From Camelus dromedarius (Eukaryota): 64,000 nucleotides of DNA. The notes beneath the pieces were generated by a model. The model was not told the origin of the DNA. It made no database searches and saw only the letters and a program-made list of their open reading frames with translations. The stretch covers positions 64,544,001 through 64,608,000 of the forward strand of contig NC_087436.1 of assembly GCF_036321535.1 (NCBI RefSeq), given 5' to 3'. How positions within the stretch are numbered: the first letter of the stretch is position 1; each line of letters opens with the position of its first letter. The position numbers and the translations under genes were made by a program. Below are positions 1 to 13,720 of the stretch, piece by piece.

Positions 1-2659
1 TTTTTAAGCCTTTCATTATTAAAAGAAGTTTGTTACAATTTTGTACTTAATTTAATGGGATTGATTATATATTTCTGTATGCAAATAAACTCTACATGCT
101 TTTCAGACGTATTTCCTAATTCTGTATATTATAATTGGAAATGAAAGCCTACTTTGGTAGTTTTGTAGTAGATTTGTAAATAAGCACCACAGATTTCTTA
201 GCAGGGCTCATTAGGATTTGCAGTTCTGAAGGACACGTGTCCTCACCAAGGATCCTTTCTCCTCAACTTTTTGCTTCCTAATTTCTCACAAAATACCCTA
301 CCCAGGAATCATGTCTATATTACAGGCAGAATGACTCAATGAAGGTGTTTGGGTGGGATTTGTTTTGGAAGCTGAATCAGAACCCTAAGCAGAGGTGAAT
401 ATTTAAATGCAGATATACCAGTCAAGGGCATACCTTCAGTTGAAACTGTGTTTTGTCTTGGTTTTGTTTCATTTCATTGTTTTTCTATACACTTTATTGA
501 CAGCCTCAGCAGTCAGTGATAGAGCACTACCTGTGAATTCTTCCCATCACTAGGAATTTAGATAAGTTCCTGTCAGTAACCAAGGAAAGACATTAACTTC
601 TGAAAAATGTCTTCCATTTATATTGCTAAGGATGATATTTTGAATATTCTGCTAAATAAAAATTTGACAGTTATCAGATACACTTCACCTTCCAATATGG
701 AAAATCACTCATAATAAAGCTGGTGAAAACTGTAGTGTATTTATTTTGTACAGTATTTTGTATAATCTTCTTTTAGGTAAGGTCTTATATTTGATCACAA
801 ATCTAATACTAAACACTAATTTATACATTTGCTAATTGTTGACAGTTACAGTTTCTACTCCAAGAAAAAGCTAAAATATTTGGGCACATTTGAAAAACTG
901 CATCTATTTTTTAAGCTGTTTTTTCTATAATAATATGAGTAATATAAACATGATTCCATTGGCAGATAATCAGTGAACTAGAATAATGCCAGGCGTTATT
1001 CCATGTGCAAACTGAATTATATTCAGCAATCTACACACCAAAAATATTTTTTTTAGATCAAAATAAACATGATCCTGCCTGGGGCATCTGTATTAAAAAT
1101 AGGCTATAGCCAAAGATTTAGCATCACAAATTTTAGACATTGACACACAATATTATTTAGTGAAATACAAAAACATTTTAAATTGATTAAAATGAAATAG
1201 GAGCAAGATACCTGGCATTCTTATTGAGGAGTCTCCAAGCTTATTCTTTAATATGCTATGGTGGTGGTTTTCTAACTTACCTAGTTAGTTAGCAGATATC
1301 ATGTGGTGGAACATAATTCTATATCTTTATCCACTCTTAACCCGTGGTGATAAAAATTAAACTTGCATATAACAGAGTGCTTTGACCATGTTAAATAAAC
1401 ATCCTTTTCCTACACTTGCAAGTGCCAAACATTGTTTTGCTCTGTTTAAAATACTCTGTGAACACCTACAAGATAGAAGCTTAGTGTATAGCTTGTTATT
1501 ATTAATGGTAAACACCACTCCCGTTCATTAAGTATTTATCTTGTGTCAGACACAGGAAAAAATATTTTATACACATTGTCTCCTTTAGTCTTACAAGAAT
1601 CTTACCACTTTTTTCATTCAGACTTCCTTATCATTATTCCACTTCTAGCATCAAGCATACTACTATAATACTATATAGTAATAATTGAATTTGGGTTGAA
1701 TTTAGTTGAAGCTAAATTCTAAACTTGATAGTAAAATGTACTCTTTATTCAGTATTGTTAGGAATATGCATGAAGATTTTGTAAATTGTAACATACTTAA
1801 AAAATATAAATTATTGTTTAAAAGCCAACATTTATTATTTGAAATAATTTAGCACATTCCTGCAGGCCCCTTGTGGAATATAAAATTCATGTGTTGAGAA
1901 TAATTATTCCAGAGAGTAGTGTGATGTGGTAGTTTATCACATTAGGTTCCTAATCAGCTTGTCTTGGTGATCTCTCAGTGAGCCTGAATGAGAAGAGAGC
2001 TTGTCTGAATTCTGCTTCCCCACTGGCTGATGGAAAGATATTCTTAAAATTCAAAAGGTATTAAATAGAAGTGTGATCCTGTTGTAACCTGAACAGTCAC
2101 CTTCAGATTCGGTGTGCTTGATGGCAGATCCAGTGAAAATGGTCCTTGACTAGAGTAGGATGGTTCCTCCGTGGAGCTGTCATTCAGGGAGTAGGGACGT
2201 CTCCAGGATTAGGATGTCTCTAAGAAGCTGTGACCAGGGCTCAGTTCTCTGTACTTCACACCTCCGTACAGCTCTCCACCGCCTAGCTCTCTGTGTCCCC
2301 TCCTAAGACTGCTCACTGGCCCAGCTCTCCACAGATTGCTGCCTTACATTCCAGTACTCCTCTTTGTCTTATTTTGGTTTTAGTCTCACTCAGACAAATG
2401 GGAGCATAGCTGCTTTAACTTGTTCAGGGAGAAAACATTTAGTATTTTCTAAATGCCACTACTTTTTTACAGTGAGGTATTGCTAGTCAATAATAATAAC
2501 AAGAATAATAGCTAGCATTGATTACTCAAGTTAACTTTAAATCATGTGTTCAAACTAAAAATTACCTATATGATTCCCTCTCTCCCAGTTCCTAAAGAGA
2601 GCCAATCATAACATTCTTCAGGATAATTTCAATAATTACCACCTTTTTGAGTTGACATG

Positions 2660-2870
2660 ATATGAACACTTACTATTTATACTTAAGACTTGTGCCGAGC
2701 TGTTAAGCACTTGACATGAATTATTTCATTAATTTCTTGAATCCCATGAATAAGTTAGTGTTATTTTGATAACTTGTGAATGAAAAAACTAAGACATCGA
2801 GAGTTTTTTTTAACTTCATAAAGTTCAGGCAAGTGTAAAGTATTGAAGCCAGGATTCAAACCCAAGCATC
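2660..2870. mobile_element. MIR
   Basis: TGAAAAAACTAAGAC...GCCAGGATTCAAACCCAAGCA. Confidence 0.55.
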
Positions 2871-3607
2871 TATAAAATCTGGTTTGGCAGTTTTTCATTT
2901 GTACGAAAGAAACAGTGACTTAATTTCCAAAACTACATCCTATAGCAAGTAATTAGTAATGAAACATATTACCAGCAAAGGATGGGGCATATGACCGTCC
3001 AGAGTATAGTATTTTTTTTTAATTCCTCACTGTTTCCATTATTCATCTCAAGAACACAATATGGCACAAGCAGTGTGAACACTTATGTACACTACTGCCC
3101 AGTGACAGATTTTTTGTGTCTGTTGTCTTTTTTTATAAAAATAGGATATCTTTGTTCTACTACCATTCTGTTACCTTTTACTTTTTTCATAAAATGTCTT
3201 AATGGTTTTTCACAAAAGAGATACCTAAAATCATACCACAAAAAAGTAAGTCAGACATTCTTATAATGTTTCACAAATTGTGTATAAATTAATGTACTAA
3301 ATTTTGTTATACTTTATTTGTGATAAAATGTCCTGTTTTTGTGTTTTTCAGTATTTTCTCTGCAAAATGGTTATTATTTATAGAATCACCAGAAAGTTGT
3401 TTTTATACCTGTATACTCAAAATAATTGCCTTACTGCCAGGAGCAGACAGCTGGCTGATAGCTGTGTGTCAGGCCACCACCAGAGCCTGAGATGGGGTGA
3501 AAAAGGAGTCGACTTGACCTCCAAATATAACTGTCACCTGCATCCCCACCTGCTGAATGCCCACAGCTGCAAGGTTCCGATTTTTTGATGCACCCACACA
3601 ACACATG

Positions 3608-3610
<3 letters not shown>

Positions 3611-3656
<46 letters not shown>
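3611..3656. repeat. (AC)23 microsatellite
   Basis: Direct read. Confidence 0.98.
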
Positions 3657-3657
<1 letters not shown>

Positions 3658-5569
3658 ACTCAGGAGTAGTACCTTCTTTAATATAATTCTAACTTGACAA
3701 TAGATTTAGAAGATAGGTATGATAAAAATAAAATGTACAGTAAATCCTCAATATTCAAAATATCTTTTAGAGTCAATTGCCTGAGATTAGATAAGATCTC
3801 TTTTCTCTAGATTCATCTTTTATATGTGGATGGAAGGAGTTGAGACTATTACAGATAAAACATCCTCCTACACATCACTATCACAAGAATGGGGAGAGTG
3901 AGGATCTTGTTTCCTTAAATTTAAAAGGCATATGCTTCTGTATGGGAAGCGCTGACTTTGAGTATTGTCCATCCCATAATACGCCAAACAGCATTGCCTT
4001 CTAAAAAGCACTTGGCTCCCTCAATACTAAGAAGCACTTTTCTCTTTGTTAGTTATAGCTCTGGGTCCAGCAATTATTTCCAGCTCTTAGGAGACCAGCA
4101 GAAAACTTCCCTCACTGAAACTAGGTTCTCCTATTAAGTTTGGCATCAGATTCTCTGGGATAGAATCACAAGGAAGTATGCAGCTGCAATTCTAATCCTT
4201 GGATTTAATCCTAGTAACCTGAAATTGCTAACTATATGATCATGGACAAATCCCATATCCACAGCAACAACCTCTTTCCCAAGATTGTTTAATTATCAAA
4301 TCCCAGATATGCTACTATATGTGGATGTGCTTCAGACCCTATGGAATGCTATACAAATATTGTTTAGTATAATTTAGCAGCAACACTCTATTGCTCTAGT
4401 CTAAAACTCAGTGTAGCTCATACATAAGATCAAGAAAATGAGTCCTCAAGAGAGTTTGCAATGTTTTCATCCTCCTTAAATCCTATTGGCTTAATTATGA
4501 TACTGTTTCATGTTTAAAATAATGATACTTTCCTTGTGAATGTCTGTATATTTAAAATTGTGAACATGTATCAGACAATAAGATTATTCCACAGCTTTTC
4601 TTTGTGCTCTCCTGAAAGAGTAACTTTCATTCAACGTTCAACAAATATTTTCTATACAGTTGCATTTTGTGCATGGGTTAGATTCTGAAGTTAGGGGGTA
4701 AAGCTGAAAAAACAAATAACAAAACCCACCTTGAAGAGCCCTCAAAATTATCTATAAAATAGAGTTTTTACAGTAATGGTTTATTCCTCAATATTAGAAA
4801 ATATGAATAAAAAATACCCCAAACCTCTCTGGGTATGGAGGTACTTAGTGATGAGTGATGCAGGGAGGCTTAGAACCAAGGGAACATATCTCAGCAACCC
4901 TAGTCACTCTAGGTCATCAGCTCATTGGAAAATGGAAAATGAAATCCTCCCTCAAATTCTTTTTGAATATATATAGTAGAATTTAAGTCAAATTAATTTT
5001 AATGTAACTATACTATAGTGAGCGCTTACCATATGCCAAGCTTACTCTGCAGGTGACGGGCAATACAATGATGCACAAGAGAGAAAAGCTAGACTTTACC
5101 TAGGAGTGGAGGAGGTGAACAATAGATCAGGTATAGGTTGAACAATCAAGATTATGAATAGGTGATGATTAGAGGTATAAAGGAGATATGTAAGGTGGAT
5201 GGTCAAGGAAAACCACTCTAGAGTGGTGACTATTTAGCTGAACAGTGAAGAATGAAAGTGAGTTAACCAAGATTAAAATTGAAGGATAGTATAATCAAAG
5301 GCCCTGAGGTACAAAAGTCATGGTGTGTTAATTCATTTGTTCACTAAGCAGATATGGATTAGGACCTAACCTGTGCCAGGTATTGAAGAAACTGTGCAGT
5401 TTACAAGTCTGTCAAGACTTCTTATGAAACATACGCTCCAGACAGGTGAGAAAAATAATAAATGAATAAAAAAATTAACACGTAAGTGGACATAATAATT
5501 CTGAAACATAGTGAGAGGCGGGACTGGAGATAGAGGTGGAGTATTTAGGCAGGATTCATCATGCAGGGC

Positions 5570-6032
5570 GTTTTTAAGGAAAAACCAGAGCTGGACAGTA
5601 GTTAAAGTGGTAAAAAGAGATTTTTGTTGTTGTTGTTCAGAGATACTGCAGTAGAGGAATAAAGACCTCAGTATAGAAGGGGCTCAACTCCAAATACAGC
5701 CCAAACCAGTGGAAATTTATAGCCAAGAAATAGGGCAGAGGTCACTGAATGTAAAATTACTAAAAGGAAACATTAGAGTGAGGGGGATTGGAGCCAACTC
5801 GATAGGATTCTTGCTGAAGTCTGGCCAGGGTGGTCAGACATCACCAAGGAAACAGTGGAAGGTGAGGAATCAGACCAGGTACGGAGATCAGATATTGAGG
5901 GTGGGGGATTCTGGTTACACTGACGTAGCAGGGTCCTTGCTAAAACTGGATGTTACAGGGACATGCACAAATGGACCTAAAAGGAGGTTCAGGAGTCTAA
6001 TTAAAGTTTGGTCTAGCAAAGAATCTTTGTCA
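5570..6032. mobile_element. Old solo LTR inserted in an L2-like stretch
   Basis: Recognised from LTR-like motifs (AAAACCAGAGCTGGACAGTAGTTAAAG...AAAGAATCTTTGTCA); family uncertain. Confidence 0.5.
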
Positions 6033-6113
6033 GCCTTGTAGGCCATGAAAGGATTTTGGGTATTATCTTAAGAGCTGTGAGGATCCCCGAAGAATTTTTA
6101 CATGGAGTACTGC

Positions 6114-6851
6114 TGTTACCCCAGCAGGTAAAGACCCTAGTTCTTGTCATACCCAAAAGATGAGTTTACAGTCAGGAGACAGTGCATTGTGTAGTGAAAG
6201 ACTTTAAAAGATGTATTTAAAAAAGGAGAAGTACACGTCCAGGAACGGGAGGCGGGCTGACCCAAGGGAAGAAAAGCAGGGGTTTCTGTCTCCCCTTCTC
6301 TTATAAACCTCACTTAGAGATGGTCTCTCTCTCTCTCTCTCTTTTTTTAAAATATATATGTATTTATTGAAGTATAGTCAGTTTACAATGTGTCAATTTC
6401 TAGTGTACAGCACAATACTTCAGTCATATAGGAACATGTGTATATTTGTTTTCATATTTTTTCACTATAAGTTACTACTAGATATTGAATATAGTTCCCT
6501 GTGCTATACAGTATGAATTTGTCTCTTGATTGATTGATGGCTCTTGACCCTGGAATGCTTAGTCATGTTTCTCCCCTTTTGCGCGTGTCGTTACCCATTC
6601 TGTACACGGGAAAACCCATGGTGGGTGGGGCTAAACCACAATGTTAATTATAGTACGATGAGCATTGGGTCATGTCCGGTTAAGTCCTTTCTGCTACCGC
6701 ACAGTCGTGACTGTTGGGTTCTAACTGGTTTCTTGCTGGCACTCATTAAGAAGAAGTCAAGTCCCTTTATCCTGGAGGAGGGTATAACACCATCTTCTGG
6801 ACCATCCTCCACCAGTCTGCCTGGTGCCTTCACTTATCTAACTACCTAACA
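6114..6851. mobile_element. Solo ERV1-like LTR interrupted by an L1 fragment
   Basis: TGTTA...TAACA termini. Flanks CTGC and CTAC fit a 4-bp TSD with one mismatch. Confidence 0.7.
6342..6520 (-). mobile_element. Short L1 3'-end fragment nested in a solo LTR
   Basis: TTTATTGAAGTATAGTCAGTTTACAATG...TTCCCTGTGCTATACAGTA, homologous to 47398-47555. Confidence 0.85.
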
Positions 6852-9800
6852 CTACATGATCTGATTTTGACTTTTAAAAGATGACTCTAGCTACAGAGTG
6901 GAAAATGGCATAGAAAGAGGTAACTTCAGTCATACTGGTGTGGCCTTTATTTAAATTTCATTAGAGAATGCCCTCCTGCCACTTAAATTTTCCGAAGATT
7001 CTCTTTCCTTCTTTCCCTTATGCTTTCCACATTACTGGCCTTTGGGTAATGTATGACTTCTCTGATCCAGAAGTAGCAGAAGAATTTGGAAACTGCCAAA
7101 TTCAGATTACTGTGGGACTAAATGCTGAGCCCTTTAGAAGCAGTACCTGAGGGAACACATGCCTGGATTCCAACAAATGCTCGGGGGTTACAGTCCCCAA
7201 GGGAAGAAGGGCATTAGCTGCTATCAGATAACCAGTGAAAACACTGTGTTTGCTGTGTGCTTGCTGGGCACACTGCATACTGATTCTGTTAAAGAAGAAT
7301 AGTCTTAGACTCTTCTTGGCTGTTGATTGCTAAGCTATTACTCTATTGATCAGGTTAGTCTGCGTTGCCTTTGGAACTGGGAAAGTTTTCAGTGCCCACA
7401 GTTGACATGGTGCGAACTGGGAAGAAAGAAGCTGGCAAAAGAGCTTGTTGCTGAGATCTTTGTGTACTAAACCTAGCAGTTCAGTTATCCTATAGAAACC
7501 ACAAAGGACTTTGAGGACAGAAGGCGTTAATACTTACACTTTTTTACATAGAAATGTTGACTCCAGTGCTTAGGATGGATTGGGAGCAAAGAGAATTGGT
7601 GGTAGGCTATTTCAAGAAAGATTCTTGAGAGCACAAACTTAAATACAGTAGCAGTGGGAGTAAAGAAGACTTGATGGATTCATGGACATTGCAGTTAAAG
7701 CTTAATCCGACATGGTGATTGGTTGGATCTATTGAGAGAAAAAAAAAAGATAATGCCTTGGTCTCTATTTTGATAATTTGGGTAAATATTGATACTGTCC
7801 TGGAAGACAAGAGAAATTCATGCTCAACCATTATTAAGCCTTTGAAAATACATGTAACATGAAATATGATTGGAAATCATTTCCTTTCAGTCTGTGGGAG
7901 ATGTGAAAAATAATTTCAGAGGTGTCTGAGACCTTTAGCCTTTTACAAGTAATTGAATTAGCCCTTTGGTCACCAGGTGGTTAGTTATCCCAAGATGTAA
8001 TTTATTTAGAAGAGTATGACTAGTGGATTTATGTGATACTGTGTCTGATAAAGTTCTTTCCTGGGACCTGAAAGGCATGCCTGCCAGACTTTATTTAGGT
8101 TTTAATGAATGAATAAATGAAGCCAAGGCTACAGAGTGAAAACCACCTCTGGTCACCAAATGGTCCGTGCCTTTCCTTTGTTTCACTCTTTGAACATTTG
8201 TACTTCTTCATTTCAAATGCATGTGCTCATTTGAGAGGGCACCTCAGGGCATACTTGTTTTTTTGTTAGAAAAAAACATTCTTGAAGACAGAACACAGAG
8301 CATACAGGCTGCACTGCAAGTGCATAAAACCTGGAATACCAGATGGAAATGCCTTAGCCTTGTACTTCTGATTTTTTGAAGTTGAAAAAAAAAAAGGATA
8401 CACAGTCAAATTTTCTTCAGTTGTTTTTTCCTGTTATATAAGAATGTGATGTTAATATCTCAAAGAACATGGGTTTTTAGAAGAAAATCCTCAGAATTTT
8501 AAAACCAACCCCCCCCAAAAAATTGGTAGTATATTTTTCTTTATAAAATCTACTCAGCTAAAATATTTTCTGGTAAGTTTAAATACATATGAATTAATGC
8601 TCTGGAGAATTTCTTAATTGAGTACTTTGTTTTACACTTTACTGAAATGTGTACTTTGAAAATATTGATGAAATTTGCCATTTCCCACCTTGCACCAGCA
8701 ACAGCTGAAACCTGGACCCCGTCTGGTGGCCTACACTCAGGCAGCACTGATCTAAGGCAAATGCCACAGTAAAAGCTACCTCCCCGCCCCTTCTTCTGTT
8801 AAATGTATCGAAGGTAAAAGAAAGCATAGTATTTTATTTAAGCTCTAGTTATTTTCCTTTTTCTCCTCGTCTCTTTCCGTTCCTATTACTCTAAAACTAT
8901 TACTAGTGGTCATACTCTTAACATTGAAATATTTATAGGAAAAAGAATTGTTTTGAATGAGCAGATGGGCCAGTTCTAAGACAAGCTGCTATATTAATAA
9001 ACATGTGTGGTACTTTATCAGCAAAGGAGCAAATTTTGACATTTCTTCTGGATGATTTGTATAGCCTATCACTATCACACCTGGTGCCGGGACAATAAAT
9101 GGGCACTTAATAGTCAAGCAGTGTGCGAACACCTTCATTATAACTTCATTATGTCAGATATAATCATCTATTACTGACTGTCAGGCATTTAATTTATGAT
9201 CAGTTGCCCTACAGAATTAGTGGCCATACAAATGAATGGTCCATTCATGTCACTTTTACTGTAAATTTCTTTCTCCCAATACCAGCCCCCTTTTTAAACA
9301 CATAGAATTAATTTGATATCCTTTTGGGATTTTAGAATATATGTATTGTTTATATTTATGAAATTTGAAAAGTGTAAATGAGAATCACACGTGATATAAA
9401 ATTCCATATGTTAATGTGTATATCTGTTTAAAATAATAATACAATTCTTCAGTTTTCTTTACTTATGAACTTTAGTTTGATTTTGTTAAAGAAGTGACAA
9501 TGCTCTTAGGAAAAATGAAAGTTTTCCTTAGAGATCTACAATGATACAACAATATGCATACAGTTAACAATACTATACTATGCATCTAAAAGTTCATTGA
9601 GGGTAAATTTTATCCTATATATATTTTTACCACAACAACAGCAATAATAAAATTCCATTGGACCATGTAGACAAAATACATAATCAACTGTGGCACTACC
9701 AGAAGGATCTGTTAACAAGAAACAGTAAAAAGAGAAGCTTAGGTTTGTGAGAGCATTGCTGAGGGAAATAAGAGCCAGGAAATTAGTACTTTTTACTTGT

Positions 9801-10977
9801 TTAGGATTGATGTTCCTACTGACATCTGCAGAACCCTCCAGCCCTCTTCTTTGAACTTAGGAAAATACAGAAGAAATGTTTTCAGGATCACTTTCAGAAA
9901 GAGCTTCAGTGCTTATGAAGACTCCTGATTGAAGTTACTGTCTATGAAAAAGTTCTTTGAGAGATGTCTCAACTGCTGTCCACTGAGGACCTTAGGAATG
10001 GGGAGATGGTAGGACCCAGTAAATGGGAAAAGAAATTGTAAAGACTATTAAGCAATCAGTATAATTATTGGACCTTCCAGATTAGGAAAAAAATGAATGG
10101 TACAGAAAGGAAAATACTAACAAACTGATGACAAAGTTGGATGGTATGAGATGAATCTGCATTAGTACCAACACCTTGTAACAATTACCTTTTGCAATTT
10201 GAAAGGCTGGAGCTGCCAAAAAGAAGGTTCCACCTGGAACATAATATTATGAACCTGCCTGCCTTCCACCCAGTTCCAGCTTTCAGTGCAATGAGCGGTA
10301 GCACTGAGACAGGAAACAAGGTGGCTGTAGATTATTAGCTTTTTCATTAAAGTTTTAAACTTAAAGAAACCACGCATTTTGGAAGGGATGTCTTCCACAA
10401 CTGAAATATGTCATCAAGGACAAGTAAGTGGAAGATGCTAAGTGGGGGATATTTAATTCTAATATCTTAAAGAATTAACAAGCTCTGGTGGTGTGAAAGA
10501 ATGCAACTGCAAAGGCTTACTACAATTACACATTTCTAATTGGCGTGGACATAGCTGCCTCAGATTTCCACTCTCTAAAGATTCCAGTGGTCAGTAGACA
10601 TATTAGTCCATAGAATATTACATAGACTTGAACAACTAAAAAGCTCATTAAGGGACCCAGGCTGTATAAGATGATCTTTTAACCACCAAACCAAATAATA
10701 TTGTTAAGGTTTATTTGGTGAAAACTCATGATAAAGTGACTTCAAATGATTCTGGCTGAGACACTTCAGGGATGCAAGCTTCCCAAATGAACTGATCAAG
10801 ACTGCTGTCTTTTCCAGATGACCCTTGGGCAAGTGTAACCAGAATCAAGAGGAAGCTGGCAGTAAGGCTTAGCTGGCTGGCAAAAAAATTCTAAAACCTG
10901 CAGAGTAAGCTTCACATAGGAGAGCCCTGAGTCAGATCCAGCGCTAGATAGCTGACTAGACCTGAGCACCTATTTTA

Positions 10978-11690
10978 TTTTATTTTATTTTATTTTATTT
11001 TATTTTATTTTATTTTATTTTATTTTTTACAGTGTTCTCTTTGTTTTATTTTTTTTACATACTGTGCTGAAAATGTATTAAGCAACTAATTTTATTGCAG
11101 TTTTTCTTAGTTTGAATTTATAGTTTTATAATCTTTTTTTAGTATTTCTTTTTTTAAACATTTTTTATTGATTTATAATCATTTTACAGTATTGTGTCAA
11201 ATTCCAGTGTTCAGCACAATTTTTCAGTTATGCATGAACATGTATATGTTCATTGTCACATTTTTTTCTCTGTGAGCTACCATAAGATTTTGTGTATATT
11301 TCCCTGTGCTATACAGTATAATCTTGTTTATCTATTCTACATTTTTGAAATCCCATCTATCCCTTCCCACCCTCTGCCCCCTTGGCAACCACAAGTTTGT
11401 ATTCTATGCCTGTGAGTCTATTTCTGTTTTGTATTTACGCTTTGTTTTTTTGTTTATTTGTTTCTGTTTTTGTTTTTTAGATTACACATAGGAGTGATCT
11501 CATATGGTATTTTTCTTTCTCTTTCTGGCTTACTTCACTTAGAATGACATTCTCCAGGAGCATCCATGTTGCTGCAAATGGCGTTATGTTGTCGGTTTTT
11601 ATGGCTGAGTAGCATTCCATTGTATAAATATACCACCTCTTCTTTATCCAGTCACCTGTTGATGGACATTTAGGCTGTTTCCATGTTTTG
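10978..11690 (-). mobile_element. Young 5'-truncated L1 with 3' transduction and (AAAAT)n tail
   Basis: 16-bp TSD CTGAGCACCTATTTTA at 10962-10977 and 11691-11706. ORF2 C-terminus (KTWKQPKCPS...ILSEVSQKEK) and 3' UTR at about 11149-11690. Confidence 0.95.
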
Positions 11691-12410
11691 CTGAGCACCT
11701 ATTTTAAACCAATAGACTGGTACTTGGCAGGGACCTGTGTTCATTTACTTTTTTTTCCCCCCGTCGTCTCATACGTATTTTTCTCATAGCTTCATTGGAT
11801 CCACCGTTTCAAAAATCTAGATCATCTGGAACCTTATTGGAAAACTTGGTTTTATAGTCACTTGACTGTCCAGAATCATTGTTTTTTTCACCTTTCTGAT
11901 CATCATGTTTGTGTAGAGCTAAATATATTTCCTGCAGTGTCTTCAGGCAAGATCTTGAATGTTTTTGTGTGCAAAATGAAAACCATTAAGAGACATGACC
12001 ATCTGGAAATTAAAAGGAAAAATGCATTTATTTGTATCTGTATCCTCAAATTTATTTTATTTTTGCTGGTTACGCCAAGACTAGTTGAGAATAGAAGCAT
12101 GTATCATGATGTATAAGTGGTAGGAAAAATACGAGCTACCCTGCAATTTTATGTAGCATAACAAGCATAATTTTTACAAGGGTGCTTGGTTTATTCTATA
12201 TAAAAAACGTGCAGAAGTGAACACTTTGCCTTTTTGTTTCTAGCTATAATTACAATCTTTAAAATCCATTTTAATAAGTAGCTTTAGTCTTCATACATAC
12301 TGAAATGGGCTTAACTCAAGAAAATAATATGAACAACGCTTTTAAGTGTTTAACAAGAAAAGAGAAACTATCACAATGAAAAGACTATAAATGATATGTA
12401 CAGATCTTAC

Positions 12411-12483
12411 CTTGAACACCAGTCATTCGATAAACTTTTATTGACTTTAACGGAAAACTTTAAGGTACAGCATCTATTTTAGG
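12411..12483 (-). other. Candidate 73-nt non-coding or UTR exon
   Basis: Minus strand has branch-like GCTGAC about 30 nt upstream, acceptor TTTTGTTGCCCCACAG and donor AAG|GTAAGA. Stops occur in all three frames. Confidence 0.35.
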
Positions 12484-13559
12484 CTGTGGGGCAACAAAAT
12501 GTAAATCGCTTTCAGTCAGCAAGAAAGGGAATAATTCCAAAATGTAAGCAGCTTTCTTTTCCCTCTTGGGTATAATTAGAACCATTATTAAATCAGAGCC
12601 ATTAAACTGCTGGGAATTTGGGGACAATAATTAGATTTGTTTGTAAAAATTGATTGAAAAATAGTTAATCTAAAGAAAAATGACATAATTTTTTGAGAAT
12701 TCACACTTTAACTGATTTTATTCCTTTTTATGTTTTCACAAAGATTATGACTTAATCTCTTTTCATTTTCCAAACTAGAAAAACTACTCACTACATTAAA
12801 GCTCCAAAATTCTATGATCTCTGAGAAAAATATTCTATAACTCGGTTCCTATCAAACTATGTAAACCCATTATTGTATGTACTGCTGAATTATCTTTGCC
12901 GTGAAAATAATTGAAACCTTGGAGTCATAGAGTTCTAAAGGCCAAGTGGAAACAATTTAAGTGCATTGTTTCCTTTATAAAATCCACTGGAGAGTTTTCT
13001 TTTTTTATTATGTGATTCAGAATAGACAGTGTTAAATGATTGATATGAAATGTTATAGTCTCTTGTTCATTTTACCAATCAAATTTGAATGTGTGATATT
13101 CAGGACATTATGCATTTTAAAACTATATGAATCTGAAGTACCCATAATTTCAAATCAAAAGACATGTAAAACCCAAATGTCTTCCTTATGCTAATATTTT
13201 TCCTTGAATAAAAATATTATTCATGAATGCTTATTATACTAGTTATTAAGATTTCCTTTTTAAATTACTGTATTTATCATGAAACAGATTTACTTCTCTG
13301 GAACTTTTTGATGTGTTCTCGATTAAGAAAAAATTAGTAAGTGATTTCCATTTATTCTGTCATGTGAAATCTTTGCCTTTATAAACATGTAATTTAAAAT
13401 ATGACTTTACTCAGTTCTATCCAGCTGTAACTGTAGGAGTAATACTGAATAATAGAAACAAAATTGAAATCCAAGACTTAGGAAATATCTTTAGAAATGC
13501 TATTAGCAAATAAAATAAGAACAAGAACGGTCACCACTGACTGGATGGCAGCTTTAAGC

Positions 13560-13720
13560 CTGGTACACTTGTACTTCACATAGGTTATTTCTAATTCTTA
13601 CGAAAACTTGGGAAGGTGGGTCTCTTTATCCTCATTATAGAAATTAGGAACTGAGACTTAGAGCAGATGAGGTAACTCATCCAGGGTTATGCAGCTATTA
13701 AGCGCTAGGGCTGGGACTCT
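13560..13720. mobile_element. MIR
   Basis: ATCCTCATTATAGAAATTAGGAACTGAGACTTAGAG...GGTAACTCATCCAGGGTTATGCAGCTA core. Confidence 0.65.

Noticed and set aside
3431..3654. CV-repeat ORFs
   Set aside because: Artefact of translating the (AC)n microsatellite.
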